Of a stretch of 13,384 bases of DNA, positions 1 through 7,883 are shown one piece after another; the first letter of the stretch is position 1, and every line of letters begins with the position of its first letter. A program made the translations under genes and the position numbers. The notes under the pieces were generated by a model, which searched no databases, was not told the origin of the DNA, and saw nothing but the letters and a program-made list of their open reading frames with translations. The DNA lies in the sequence record MK327931.1. One strand, written 5' to 3'.

Positions 1-521
1 AATAAATCATAAACTACATGGACTAAATTTAATTGAATATAAAATTTTAAACCTTTAATTAATGAATTCAAATGCATTGTACTGAATAACATTAGATACA
101 TCATCTCATGCGGTTTTGTGATTAATGATTTTTGAAATACGCCAGCTTCATCATAAGGGTCTATGAACTGAAATTTGTCTTCATCATAATTTGTATTGGA
201 ATGCTGATATATAAAATAATCATCATTGGTATTGTACCACAAATATCCTTCGAATCCTGTACTAACATCTTTGGTCAATGGGGATGCTGATACTGGATTT
301 GAACTGATTAATGCACCTACATCAACAATCCCCGTTGTATCATATTCGATTTCAACATCAATATCAATGTATTTCCTTGCGATATCTGCGTTTATGGACA
401 AATATAAACTACCACCTGTCCTCTGACTCAGGATTCCATCTATATGCGATATAGGATGGTTGTTATTGAGGATAAGCATTATTGTACTTATCTTGTGTGC
501 TAATAACTCTATCTCATTCAT
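1..521 (-). CDS. Hypothetical protein, 3'-truncated by the window edge (at least 173 aa, MNEIELLAHKISTIMLIL...)
   Basis: Not in the ORF track. Manual translation from ATG at 521 (ATGA overlap with the stop of 518..721) is open to position 1. Contains DPYDEAGVFQKSLI, loosely like the family B motif. Confidence 0.8.
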   Translation of the reverse strand, partial: MNEIELLAHKISTIMLILNNNHPISHIDGILSQRTGGSLYLSINADIARKYIDIDVEIEYDTTGIVDVGALISSNPVSASPLTKDVSTGFEGYLWYNTNDDYFIYQHSNTNYDEDKFQFIDPYDEAGVFQKSLITKPHEMMYLMLFSTMHLNSLIKGLKFYIQLNLVHVVYDL

Positions 522-721
522 AATTTACCTATCGATGGATACCTAGGATTTGTAGGATGTAAAATCCTGTCCTGTACTGAAAGGTGCTCAAATGTAATTA
601 AACTCAAATAATAATCGTAATTATCAATACCACCCTTCAAATGTATATTGTAATACATCTTAATACTATCTAATAATGAATCCTGTAATGCATTTAATGT
701 TATCGTATTAATCTTTTGCAT
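518..721 (-). CDS. Hypothetical protein (67 aa)
   Basis: ORF track. Coupled on both sides (TAATG overlap at 721, ATGA at 518-521). Confidence 0.75.
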   Translation of the reverse strand: MQKINTITLNALQDSLLDSIKMYYNIHLKGGIDNYDYYLSLITFEHLSVQDRILHPTNPRYPSIGKL

Positions 722-882
722 TAATGTTCTTCTCTTAAAAATCGTTTGATAGCATAATCTAAATAAAATTCATAACACATGCTATCTCTGTTCTTTATCC
801 ATATTTTGTAATCGGATTTTATATTACGCAACAAATAATTTGTATTAATTGTGTAATAATCTAATCGCCCTAATCTTTCCAT
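721..882 (-). CDS. Small hypothetical protein (53 aa, MERLGRLDYY...FLREEH)
   Basis: Not in the track. Manual translation; AAGGAG upstream of the ATG at 882; the stop overlaps the next ATG; fills the gap exactly. Confidence 0.7.
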   Translation of the reverse strand: MERLGRLDYYTINTNYLLRNIKSDYKIWIKNRDSMCYEFYLDYAIKRFLREEH

Positions 883-1262
883 TTAATAGGATACTCCTTT
901 CCTTGTACTATATATGACAAAATCCATCCGTAATGAATAGGATGATTTTTGTCTGAATCAGGAATAAAATATAAAGCTGTACTTGGATTATGACTGAATA
1001 AATCTTTATTGTCAAATGTAAAATGTGATAATATAATTTTCCTTGCACTTGGACGAATAACATTCTTAACACTGAACTCTGAACCTTTGTATTTCTCCGA
1101 TAATTCAAATAATGCATCTGTAATTAAATCACTGATCTCTTGGATTACAAAATTCTGATAAAATGCATTAATCTCTTTTAACTCTGTATACAATTCACTT
1201 CTGGTATTCAAAAGAAATATTACTTTTTTAAGATCCTGAACTATTTCTGGATTCATATTCAT
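870..1262 (-). CDS. Hypothetical protein (130 aa)
   Basis: ORF track. Same strand and packing as its neighbours. Confidence 0.8.
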   Translation of the reverse strand: MNMNPEIVQDLKKVIFLLNTRSELYTELKEINAFYQNFVIQEISDLITDALFELSEKYKGSEFSVKNVIRPSARKIILSHFTFDNKDLFSHNPSTALYFIPDSDKNHPIHYGWILSYIVQGKEYPIKWKD

Positions 1263-1494
1263 TTATCTCATTCTGTAACTTAAGCATCAAAATTTGCATA
1301 TTAATTTTTTGTAAAAGGTGCTTGATAAATTTCTGTGCCATTTCTTCTTGTTCTTTTGTACCAAGATAAAATAACAGATTAAATTCTGATAATCGCAAAG
1401 AAAAATCTTCATCACCACCCTTTAAACAAAAATCCCTGTACTTTGTAGCGTACAAATATTGGTTTACCTTTTTATAATACCCTGTGTTTTGCAT
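1228..1494 (-). CDS. Family A paralog A31
   Basis: Motif YLGTKEQEEMAQKFIKHL; GGAG 5 nt before the ATG. Confidence 0.85.
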   Translation of the reverse strand: MQNTGYYKKVNQYLYATKYRDFCLKGGDEDFSLRLSEFNLLFYLGTKEQEEMAQKFIKHLLQKINMQILMLKLQNEINEYESRNSSGS

Positions 1495-1682
1495 ACTATC
1501 TCCGTTCGCAACGAATTTATATAATAATGAACAAATTGTTCTTGTGAACGTGTTCCAAGAAAAATAAACATATCAAACTCTGTTGTTTTTAAATTCAATG
1601 CATCTTTTGTAAAATTCCTGTTGAATTCCCTGTACTTTTGGGTCTTCCATTCTTGATTAATTGTCTTGTATATCGATTTCAA
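1464..1682 (-). CDS. Family A paralog A30 (TTG start)
   Basis: Motif FLGTRSQEQFVHYYINSL; GGGAG upstream of the TTG. Confidence 0.85.
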   Translation of the reverse strand: MKSIYKTINQEWKTQKYREFNRNFTKDALNLKTTEFDMFIFLGTRSQEQFVHYYINSLRTEIVCKTQGIIKR

Positions 1683-1977
1683 TGATTCTCCCTGATGTAC
1701 CTTGTATTAGCTTATCATACATATCGAGCATCACTTTTTGAATACTAATTAGTACTGGCATCGTGCAAATATCAATGTCGTATACTAAGCTGTACTGGAA
1801 TAATTCATCTTCCTGCATTTGTACTAAATTAGGTAAAGGATAATTGTCTGCCTCTTCATCCTGGTACTTGAAATGCATAACACCATCCTTTTTGTACAAA
1901 AGAATGTCAATATCACCTAACTCATCAGCATAACCAAAAATACATATACTCGATGTTTTTGCTATATTAAATTTCAT
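1657..1977 (-). CDS. Family B paralog B3
   Basis: Motif EDELFQYSLVYDI. Start moved to the ATG at 1977 (ATGA overlap, GAGGTGGAG upstream). Confidence 0.85.
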   Translation of the reverse strand: MKFNIAKTSSICIFGYADELGDIDILLYKKDGVMHFKYQDEEADNYPLPNLVQMQEDELFQYSLVYDIDICTMPVLISIQKVMLDMYDKLIQGTSGRIIEIDIQDN

Positions 1978-2219
1978 CTCCACCTCTCTCCGTCAGCACA
2001 AGAGTACTGGTACGTTGTCGTTAGGGTAGGGACCATGTTTGTAATGGGCATATTATTAACAATAACGGTAACAGGCATAAGAATCGTCTCTACTCTACTC
2101 TGTCCTGTCCTTGTACAATTCATCTTCTGCATTTCATCTGAATCCATGAAATACAATACAAATGGTGCAATCCCAAGAACAATACACAAGACGATAAGGA
2201 AATTTAAAAAATTTAACAT
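1974..2219 (-). CDS. Small predicted membrane-anchored protein (81 aa)
   Basis: N-terminal hydrophobic stretch (FLIVLCIVLGIAPFVLYF) followed by a Thr/Val/Pro-rich segment bracketed by two Cys. Has its own promoter. Confidence 0.8.
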   Translation of the reverse strand: MLNFLNFLIVLCIVLGIAPFVLYFMDSDEMQKMNCTRTGQSRVETILMPVTVIVNNMPITNMVPTLTTTYQYSCADGERWR

Positions 2220-2248
2220 AATTTTTACCCTATGATTAACGTTAGTGT

Positions 2249-2277
2249 ACTATATCAGTAATGAAAAGTACTGTCAA
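2249..2277 (-). promoter_or_regulatory. Sigma70-type promoter
   Basis: TTGACA-17 nt-TATAGT with a TG extended -10, immediately after the stop of 2279..2683. AGTACT abuts the -35. Confidence 0.8.
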
Positions 2278-2278
2278 G

Positions 2279-2683
2279 CTAGTATTGCACTGTTCTAATG
2301 AAAGTACCTTTACTCATGGATTTAAGCTTATGAACCTCTTCCTGCATACCCTTAATTAACCCTAAAGGTATAGGTAAATCATGTACTAAGCTGTACTGAA
2401 AGTATTCTTCTTCAGATAAAGTACTAACATCTGGAACGCCAATTTTAGTTATATAATCTTGATGTGTTGACCAATAAATTATATCTTCAGTACTATTGTA
2501 CTCCCCATATACTGAACAATATTGATGAATATCTTTCCTGTACCCTTGAGCAATAAAGAACTTATCTAATGCATTACCAGCATTAATAGAATTTACTTCG
2601 ATTGTCACAGTACTTGAGCTTGTATAACTCTTAATATTATCAGTACTCTTAATACTCAACGATGTGTTCTTCATAATCACCAT
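2279..2683 (-). CDS. Family B paralog B2
   Basis: Motif STLSEEEYFQYSLVHDL; AGGAG upstream. Confidence 0.85.
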   Translation of the reverse strand: MVIMKNTSLSIKSTDNIKSYTSSSTVTIEVNSINAGNALDKFFIAQGYRKDIHQYCSVYGEYNSTEDIIYWSTHQDYITKIGVPDVSTLSEEEYFQYSLVHDLPIPLGLIKGMQEEVHKLKSMSKGTFIRTVQY

Positions 2684-2993
2684 TAGGCTCCTGTTTAGAT
2701 TCTTTCATTAGTACTATCATCTTATGTACTAATGGCATAGGGAACTCTAAATCCCATACTAATGATTCCTGGAAGTATTCCTCTGGTGATAAAGTACTTA
2801 AATCTTTAATATCAACGTGCTTGTATATTTTATTTTCGTAATTAACAAATGATATATATAAATCACTAACATAAGAATCATAGGTAATTGTGAATGGCTT
2901 ACCCTTGTAATCCATTACATCTCTACATAGACTACTTTTGATATATGTATGTTCAAATGATTTATATACCTTGAGTTGTATATTAGTTTTCAT
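2649..2993 (-). CDS. Family B paralog B1
   Basis: Motif STLSPEEYFQESLVWDL. Confidence 0.85.
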   Translation of the reverse strand: MKTNIQLKVYKSFEHTYIKSSLCRDVMDYKGKPFTITYDSYVSDLYISFVNYENKIYKHVDIKDLSTLSPEEYFQESLVWDLEFPMPLVHKMIVLMKESKQEPNGDYEEHIVEY

Positions 2994-3225
2994 ATTTCTC
3001 TTTATTAGCTTGTTTGGTTTTATAGTGAATTAAATCTATTAATGTAATCAAGTACAACGTCAAATAGTACTCTTGTTGATCTGTACCTAATGATACAAAG
3101 AACTTGTGCTCATAGATTAAAACCTGTTTCTCTTCAAATGGACATTTAATCCTCTGTATAGGCTTAAGTAAATGATAGTACTTATTAAATCTATGATACA
3201 TTTCTAGTTCTGTCAGTACTTTCAT
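2983..3225 (-). CDS. Family A paralog A29
   Basis: SLGTDQQEYYLTLYLITL. Start reassigned to MKVLT (3225) by family consensus; the track start is 3258. Confidence 0.85.
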   Translation of the reverse strand: MKVLTELEMYHRFNKYYHLLKPIQRIKCPFEEKQVLIYEHKFFVSLGTDQQEYYLTLYLITLIDLIHYKTKQANKEKYEN

Positions 3226-3226
3226 A

Positions 3227-3448
3227 TTAAACACATACTCCATTAGCTGTAGCATCACGTAAAGCTGTCAAATACTTCTGTACGGCTTGCTCTTGCTTAT
3301 TTGTACCTAAAAGTATATACATCCATAATTCACTGTAATGTACATCTTGTGTATAAGGGTCATTGTAACTTTTTGATAATATAGCATCAAATTCAGATGC
3401 ATGAACCCTTGTGAACTTAAGAATATCTTGTTGTGTTATGATTCTCAT
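3227..3448 (-). CDS. Family A paralog A28
   Basis: LLGTNKQEQAVQKYLTAL; ATGA overlap. Confidence 0.9.
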   Translation of the reverse strand: MRIITQQDILKFTRVHASEFDAILSKSYNDPYTQDVHYSELWMYILLGTNKQEQAVQKYLTALRDATANGVCV

Positions 3449-3660
3449 ATCTTTTCCTGTACAATCTGTATAAGAATACCTATGTGTGAATTAACAGTTC
3501 TCTCTTGATGCTGTGTTCCTAAGAGTGTCAGTACTATCATATCTGAACGCAAAAGATTTTTTTCAAGTTCACTTATATCAGTTCTTGAATCAAGTGCCAT
3601 ATATTTGTGATTATTCTTCCTGAATAGTGCCAAGTACTCTTGGTTTGATATTATCTTCAT
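3445..3660 (-). CDS. Family A paralog A27
   Basis: LLGTQHQERTVNSHIGIL; ATGA overlap. Confidence 0.9.
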   Translation of the reverse strand: MKIISNQEYLALFRKNNHKYMALDSRTDISELEKNLLRSDMIVLTLLGTQHQERTVNSHIGILIQIVQEKI

Positions 3661-3872
3661 AGTTTACTTTTAATTTCCATTAAAAGTGCTCTAATATGCT
3701 CATTGACAAATCGCTCTTGGGAATCTGTGTCTAGGGTGAGAAGCATTCTTAAATCGGAACCTCTGATGGTATATTCTAAATCATTCTTTGATTCTCGCAT
3801 AAGTTTCTGAAAGGATGAGAAGTGTAATCCCATGAGTTCAATGTATTCTGCTGTTCCTAGTGGTTTTGGCAT
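3657..3872 (-). CDS. Family A paralog A26 (G>D variant)
   Basis: TLDTDSQERFVNEHIRAL; ends IKSKL. Confidence 0.9.
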   Translation of the reverse strand: MPKPLGTAEYIELMGLHFSSFQKLMRESKNDLEYTIRGSDLRMLLTLDTDSQERFVNEHIRALLMEIKSKL

Positions 3873-4078
3873 TTTAGTTCAATAGCTCGTTTAAGTGTAT
3901 TAATATAATCTTTAATGTCGTGTTCTTGATAGTTCGTTCCAAGGGTAGCTAGAACATAGACTTCATTTCTCTTAATAATTTTATCCATATCTGGTATATC
4001 TGATGTGTTAATGACGAAGAGCTTCAAAAACAGTCCATTTATGATTGTTAGGTATTCTACATCGGTAATGATTTTCAT
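3857..4078 (-). CDS. Family A paralog A25
   Basis: TLGTNYQEHDIKDYINTL. Start moved to MKIIT (4078, ATGA overlap). Confidence 0.9.
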   Translation of the reverse strand: MKIITDVEYLTIINGLFLKLFVINTSDIPDMDKIIKRNEVYVLATLGTNYQEHDIKDYINTLKRAIELKCQNH

Positions 4079-4296
4079 TTGCATTTGCATTTTCTCAGTA
4101 CTGATTCTTTAAGTTCATTGATGTAGCACTCTACATATTCTTCTTGTAGGTTTGTTCCGATATGTAACAGTACTCTTAAATCTGCTCTCAGTACTTCTTT
4201 GTCATCTTCATCTATATCAGACAGTGTTATGTTTAAGAATTTACTTGAACTCTCTATAAGTAATATTACTGAATCACCTTTGCTTAAAATTTTCAT
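4075..4296 (-). CDS. Family A paralog A24
   Basis: HIGTNLQEEYVECYINEL. Confidence 0.9.
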   Translation of the reverse strand: MKILSKGDSVILLIESSSKFLNITLSDIDEDDKEVLRADLRVLLHIGTNLQEEYVECYINELKESVLRKCKCK

Positions 4297-4504
4297 AATC
4301 TCTTTTTGCTTTCCTCGCCAAAAGGTACATATACGATTCTTCGTATTGTGCTTGGTAGTTTGTGTTTAAGAGTCGAAACAACTTCTGTTCTGCTAGAACT
4401 AGTTGCTTATCTTCATAACAACGGTAGCGTATCAACTTTTTGTATTCGATGTTGATTACATCCATTACTATAAGCCCATGTTCATCATCTGTCAAGTGTT
4501 TCAT
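4274..4504 (-). CDS. Family A paralog A23 (G>N variant)
   Basis: LLNTNYQAQYEESYMYLL; starts MKHLTDDE like A9. Confidence 0.9.
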   Translation of the reverse strand: MKHLTDDEHGLIVMDVINIEYKKLIRYRCYEDKQLVLAEQKLFRLLNTNYQAQYEESYMYLLARKAKRDYENFKQR

Positions 4505-4743
4505 GCATTTTTTCTTTTTCTTATATGTTTAGTTAAAAGGTATATTAGTTTTCTGATGTATTCTTCTTGATAGTTTGTTCCTAAGAGTGCAAGAAGTTTT
4601 GCTTCAACTAAAGCTAGTTGTCGTTCTTCGAATGTGTGTTCCAGTATGTACTTGGGGTTTGATTTTTTAGCGTAAGCACTATTAGTCTTCATTACAATCT
4701 TATGATATTCATTAGCTGTTAGGATTTTTAAATACTTGATCAT
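4501..4743 (-). CDS. Family A paralog A22
   Basis: LLGTNYQEEYIRKLIYLL. Confidence 0.9.
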   Translation of the reverse strand: MIKYLKILTANEYHKIVMKTNSAYAKKSNPKYILEHTFEERQLALVEAKLLALLGTNYQEEYIRKLIYLLTKHIRKRKNA

Positions 4744-4963
4744 GTATCTTTTCCTTTATAGAGAATTTAAGATATCGAAGCATACTTTCAATGTAATACT
4801 CTTGTCTGTCAGTGCCAAGAAAGTACATGAGTTGAATGTATAAAACTTCTGCACTCCTTTCCGCTGGAGACTTGTTTGTGTCGTTTGGAAGTTGATTTGT
4901 ATGTTTTCTTGATTTAATTAGTCGTTCTTTTAACTCATCGTCTGTTAAGTATTTCATTTTCAT
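4712..4963 (-). CDS. Family A paralog A21
   Basis: FLGTDRQEYYIESMLRYL; close to A20 (PAERSAEVL shared). Confidence 0.9.
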   Translation of the reverse strand: MKMKYLTDDELKERLIKSRKHTNQLPNDTNKSPAERSAEVLYIQLMYFLGTDRQEYYIESMLRYLKFSIKEKIHDQVFKNPNS

Positions 4964-5189
4964 TTACTTTTTCCTTAATAGTGATTTTAAGATATCTAAT
5001 CATACGTGCAACATATTCCTCTTGTCTATCAGTTCCCAGAAGATATGGTAGTGATTGGAATAATACTTCTGCACTCCTTTCTGCTGGGGTTTGGTTTAGG
5101 TCAATTGGACGTTTATTGGTATATCTCTTGGCACGAACTAATCTCTCGACGTATTCATTATAGGTTAAGTATATCATTTCATTTTGCAT
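4935..5189 (-). CDS. Family A paralog A20
   Basis: LLGTDRQEEYVARMIRYL. Confidence 0.9.
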   Translation of the reverse strand: MQNEMIYLTYNEYVERLVRAKRYTNKRPIDLNQTPAERSAEVLFQSLPYLLGTDRQEEYVARMIRYLKITIKEKVNENEILNRR

Positions 5190-5409
5190 TTACTTTTTCC
5201 TTAATACTCATTATAAGATGTTCAATCATATTTTGAACCATAAATTCTTGTTTATCAGTTCCAAGAACGTATGGTAGCTTCTGAAACAATACATTTGCAG
5301 ATACTTCAGATATTGATTGATTTGGAACGAACTTAAGAGTAATGTTTTTGGTTTTTAACATCTTCTCTTGAAATTCTTCATTCGTTAAGTATATCATTTC
5401 ATTTTGCAT
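5179..5409 (-). CDS. Family A paralog A19
   Basis: VLGTDKQEFMVQNMIEHL; N-terminus MQNEMIYLT identical to A20. Confidence 0.9.
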   Translation of the reverse strand: MQNEMIYLTNEEFQEKMLKTKNITLKFVPNQSISEVSANVLFQKLPYVLGTDKQEFMVQNMIEHLIMSIKEKVNAK

Positions 5410-5625
5410 TTACATTCTCTCATATATATTTTGGGTTAAAAGGTCAATCCAGATTTCCACATATCGTTGTTGGTGTTGCGTCCCTAACAGTACACCCAAC
5501 TTAGCTTCACACTCTAATAACAATCTGGTTTTGTATGGTAGACTTTGGAATCCTATAGTAGCATCTAATTTGGTAATTGCATAGTTGATTCGGATGAATC
5601 TTTCTTGCAATGTGATGTTGTTCAT
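5410..5625 (-). CDS. Family A paralog A18
   Basis: LLGTQHQQRYVEIWIDLL. Confidence 0.9.
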   Translation of the reverse strand: MNNITLQERFIRINYAITKLDATIGFQSLPYKTRLLLECEAKLGVLLGTQHQQRYVEIWIDLLTQNIYERM

Positions 5626-5885
5626 TTCTTAGTACACCTCAGTGGTTGGGTCATTTGATAAAAGTACAGCTTACCTTTGATTTCCAGTAGTAACTCCGCG
5701 ATTAAGCGATTTACTTCTGTATCTTGATAGTTTGTTCCTAAGAATACACCCATCTTTAACTCACGCATCATAATCATTTTCTTACTGTGTTGAATTTCTG
5801 GGTTGTGATAGATTGTATTACGTTTGTGCGTAATTTTTGTCATACGCTCGGTATATTCATCTTTACTTAAATTGATCATTTGCAT
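5622..5885 (-). CDS. Family A paralog A17
   Basis: FLGTNYQDTEVNRLIAEL. Start moved to MQMINLSK (5885; GAGGT 8 nt upstream). Confidence 0.9.
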   Translation of the reverse strand: MQMINLSKDEYTERMTKITHKRNTIYHNPEIQHSKKMIMMRELKMGVFLGTNYQDTEVNRLIAELLLEIKGKLYFYQMTQPLRCTKK

Positions 5886-5914
5886 GTTCATCAACCTCAC
5901 ATTTATTTTCAATA

Positions 5915-6154
5915 CTATTCTTTAGTTTGTAGATATAGTTTTCTTCCAATGTATCTCTTAAGTGCGATTATGTATTCATCTACATAATACTCCTGATAGT
6001 TTGTTCCTATGAATGCACCCACCTTTAACTCAAGTTTCATAATCATCTTATTTCCGTGTTTAATGACTTCTCCGTGATGGATTTCATTAAGTCCAGGTGC
6101 AATTTTCACCAGGCGTTCTTTATATTTTGCTTGAGATAATTTAATCATTTTCAT
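5915..6154 (-). CDS. Family A paralog A16
   Basis: FIGTNYQEYYVDEYIIAL. Start moved to MKMIKLS (6154; AAGGGT upstream). Confidence 0.9.
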   Translation of the reverse strand: MKMIKLSQAKYKERLVKIAPGLNEIHHGEVIKHGNKMIMKLELKVGAFIGTNYQEYYVDEYIIALKRYIGRKLYLQTKE

Positions 6155-6155
6155 G

Positions 6156-6386
6156 TTAATTACCCTTACATTTATTTTCAATACTATTCATGAGTTCTAT
6201 AAGATAGTTTTCTACCTTACCTTCCTGATAGTTAGTCCCTAGGAAGTTGCACAACACGGCTTCTATGATTTTGATTTTCCTGATATCAGGCTTCAATCTT
6301 TTGTTATTGAATATTTGAATCCTTATATCTCTGGATGCATTTAAACGTTTTTGATATTCATGGTAAGTTAAATGAATCATTTTCAT
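6156..6386 (-). CDS. Family A paralog A15
   Basis: FLGTNYQEGKVENYLIEL. Confidence 0.9.
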   Translation of the reverse strand: MKMIHLTYHEYQKRLNASRDIRIQIFNNKRLKPDIRKIKIIEAVLCNFLGTNYQEGKVENYLIELMNSIENKCKGN

Positions 6387-6601
6387 TTACGTTTAACCTC
6401 TCGCTGGAGGGCATCAATTAACATCAGTACAGCATTCTCTTGATAGTTTGTTCCTAAGACTGAAAGCATCTTTATCTCATTTACTAAAATCAACTTCTTT
6501 GAGGGTTCAATAATGTGACTATCATAAACGGCCTTACGTGCTGGATAAGTTTTCGCCAGTATAACATAAAATTCGTCTTTACTTAAATTAATCATTTGCA
6601 T
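6383..6601 (-). CDS. Family A paralog A14
   Basis: VLGTNYQENAVLMLIDAL. Confidence 0.9.
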   Translation of the reverse strand: MQMINLSKDEFYVILAKTYPARKAVYDSHIIEPSKKLILVNEIKMLSVLGTNYQENAVLMLIDALQREVKRK

Positions 6602-6810
6602 TTACTTTTAACCTCTTTCTGTAGAGCGTCAATCCATAGATCTACATACATTTGTTGATAGTTTGTGCCTAAGAGTGCACCTACATAGAGTTCAGTTACT
6701 AGTGCGTGCTTAAGGTTAGCTTGGATGCTCTTATCGCTTGATATCATTCTCCTTCTGCTTCCACATGTTTTCAGGAGTCTGATGTATTCAAAGCCTTGTA
6801 AATTTCTCAT
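6592..6810 (-). CDS. Family A paralog A13
   Basis: LLGTNYQQMYVDLWIDAL. Confidence 0.9.
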   Translation of the reverse strand: MRNLQGFEYIRLLKTCGSRRRMISSDKSIQANLKHALVTELYVGALLGTNYQQMYVDLWIDALQKEVKSKCK

Positions 6811-7022
6811 ATTTTGGATACCACCTTGTTACGTAAGGAACTTAATAATACGTCAGTGTAGATGTTTTGATAGTTTGTCCCTACGAATACACCCAACTTC
6901 ATTTCAGCTATTATAACACATTTGTCCTCTTGTGCAATAGATTTGTTTAACACAATACTATACACTTTTGATTTGATAGTTTGTAACCTCCAATGATACT
7001 GATACTCATTAAGGATTATCAT
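6807..7022 (-). CDS. Family A paralog A12
   Basis: FVGTNYQNIYTDVLLSSL. Confidence 0.9.
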   Translation of the reverse strand: MIILNEYQYHWRLQTIKSKVYSIVLNKSIAQEDKCVIIAEMKLGVFVGTNYQNIYTDVLLSSLRNKVVSKI

Positions 7023-7257
7023 TCTCTTTCCTCCAGATTTCGGTTCTCATGTGTTGGCAGTGTGCATCAATATATTGCTCTATCGATCTGGCGATTGCTG
7101 TTTTATCAGTGCCTGTCATCAGTACAAGCATCTCGGCCTCACAGTGAAGTAAACGCATGATATCATAGGGTAATATTTCAGATACCGTGTCATAGTGTTT
7201 CTGTGCCAGTGTCTGCAATAGTTTACAATACATTTTGTGATTTAGTCTTTGTCGCAT
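7009..7257 (-). CDS. Family A paralog A11 (divergent)
   Basis: EAEMLVLMTGTDKTAIARSIEQYIDAH; lacks the conserved Q. Start placed at MRQRL (7257). Confidence 0.75.
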   Translation of the reverse strand: MRQRLNHKMYCKLLQTLAQKHYDTVSEILPYDIMRLLHCEAEMLVLMTGTDKTAIARSIEQYIDAHCQHMRTEIWRKENDNP

Positions 7258-7493
7258 TGTTTCTTCCATTCTCTTCTGGCTTGGCGGGTTTTATCTGATA
7301 TTTCGTTTCTCAATGCAGAGATATATCGTAGAGTGAACAGTTCTTGATAGTTAGTCCCTATGAATTTATTAAGATATACATCAGCGTTGACGATATCAGC
7401 TTCACGGGAATTATAAAGTTTATTGTTAGTGCGAAGGGTGTTTAGAAGAGAGAAGAGGGCAGTCTGATACTCAGTGCTTGATAAAGTTTTCAT
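7242..7493 (-). CDS. Family A paralog A10
   Basis: FIGTNYQELFTLRYISAL. Start moved to MKTLSSTEY (7493). Confidence 0.9.
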   Translation of the reverse strand: MKTLSSTEYQTALFSLLNTLRTNNKLYNSREADIVNADVYLNKFIGTNYQELFTLRYISALRNEISDKTRQARREWKKQCDKD

Positions 7494-7728
7494 ATTTTTC
7501 CACAATTCGTTCATTTAGTTTTATCTGTATAAGATCCATTAGTTGTTCAAGATAATCGGTACAATATTTCTCTTGATATTGGGTTCCCACAAAGTACAGC
7601 AACCATAGCTCATGAACTTTAACTTTCATCTCGTTCCATGAAAGTGCATCGTCATCGTAGATTACTCTTGCTTCTGGGGTGAGCTTTCGAATTCTAAGTG
7701 AATATTCATCGTCCGTCAAGTGTTTCAT
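7471..7728 (-). CDS. Family A paralog A9
   Basis: FVGTQYQEKYCTDYLEQL. Confidence 0.9.
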   Translation of the reverse strand: MKHLTDDEYSLRIRKLTPEARVIYDDDALSWNEMKVKVHELWLLYFVGTQYQEKYCTDYLEQLMDLIQIKLNERIVEKYENFIKH

Positions 7729-7883
7729 TTACATTTATCCCTTATTAGATTTGTGAGTGCAACTATGTGTTCATGGATATAAAAATTTTGATGAGAAGTT
7801 CCAAGAAAGTACAGCATCCATCCCTCACTCTGCTCGACTTCTAGTTTAGTATCGAGTTGGTCAGATATGTTAATGAAAACCAT
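7725..7883 (-). CDS. Family A paralog A8 (short, 52 aa)
   Basis: Not in the track. Manual translation MVFINISDQLDTKLEVEQSEGWMLYFLGTSHQNFYIHEHIVALTNLIRDKCK; TAATG and ATGA overlaps on its two sides. Confidence 0.85.
   Translation of the reverse strand: MVFINISDQLDTKLEVEQSEGWMLYFLGTSHQNFYIHEHIVALTNLIRDKCK

Noticed and set aside
908-1117. Minus-strand 69 aa ORF
   Set aside because: Fully nested in a different frame of 870..1262, which is coupled to its neighbours.
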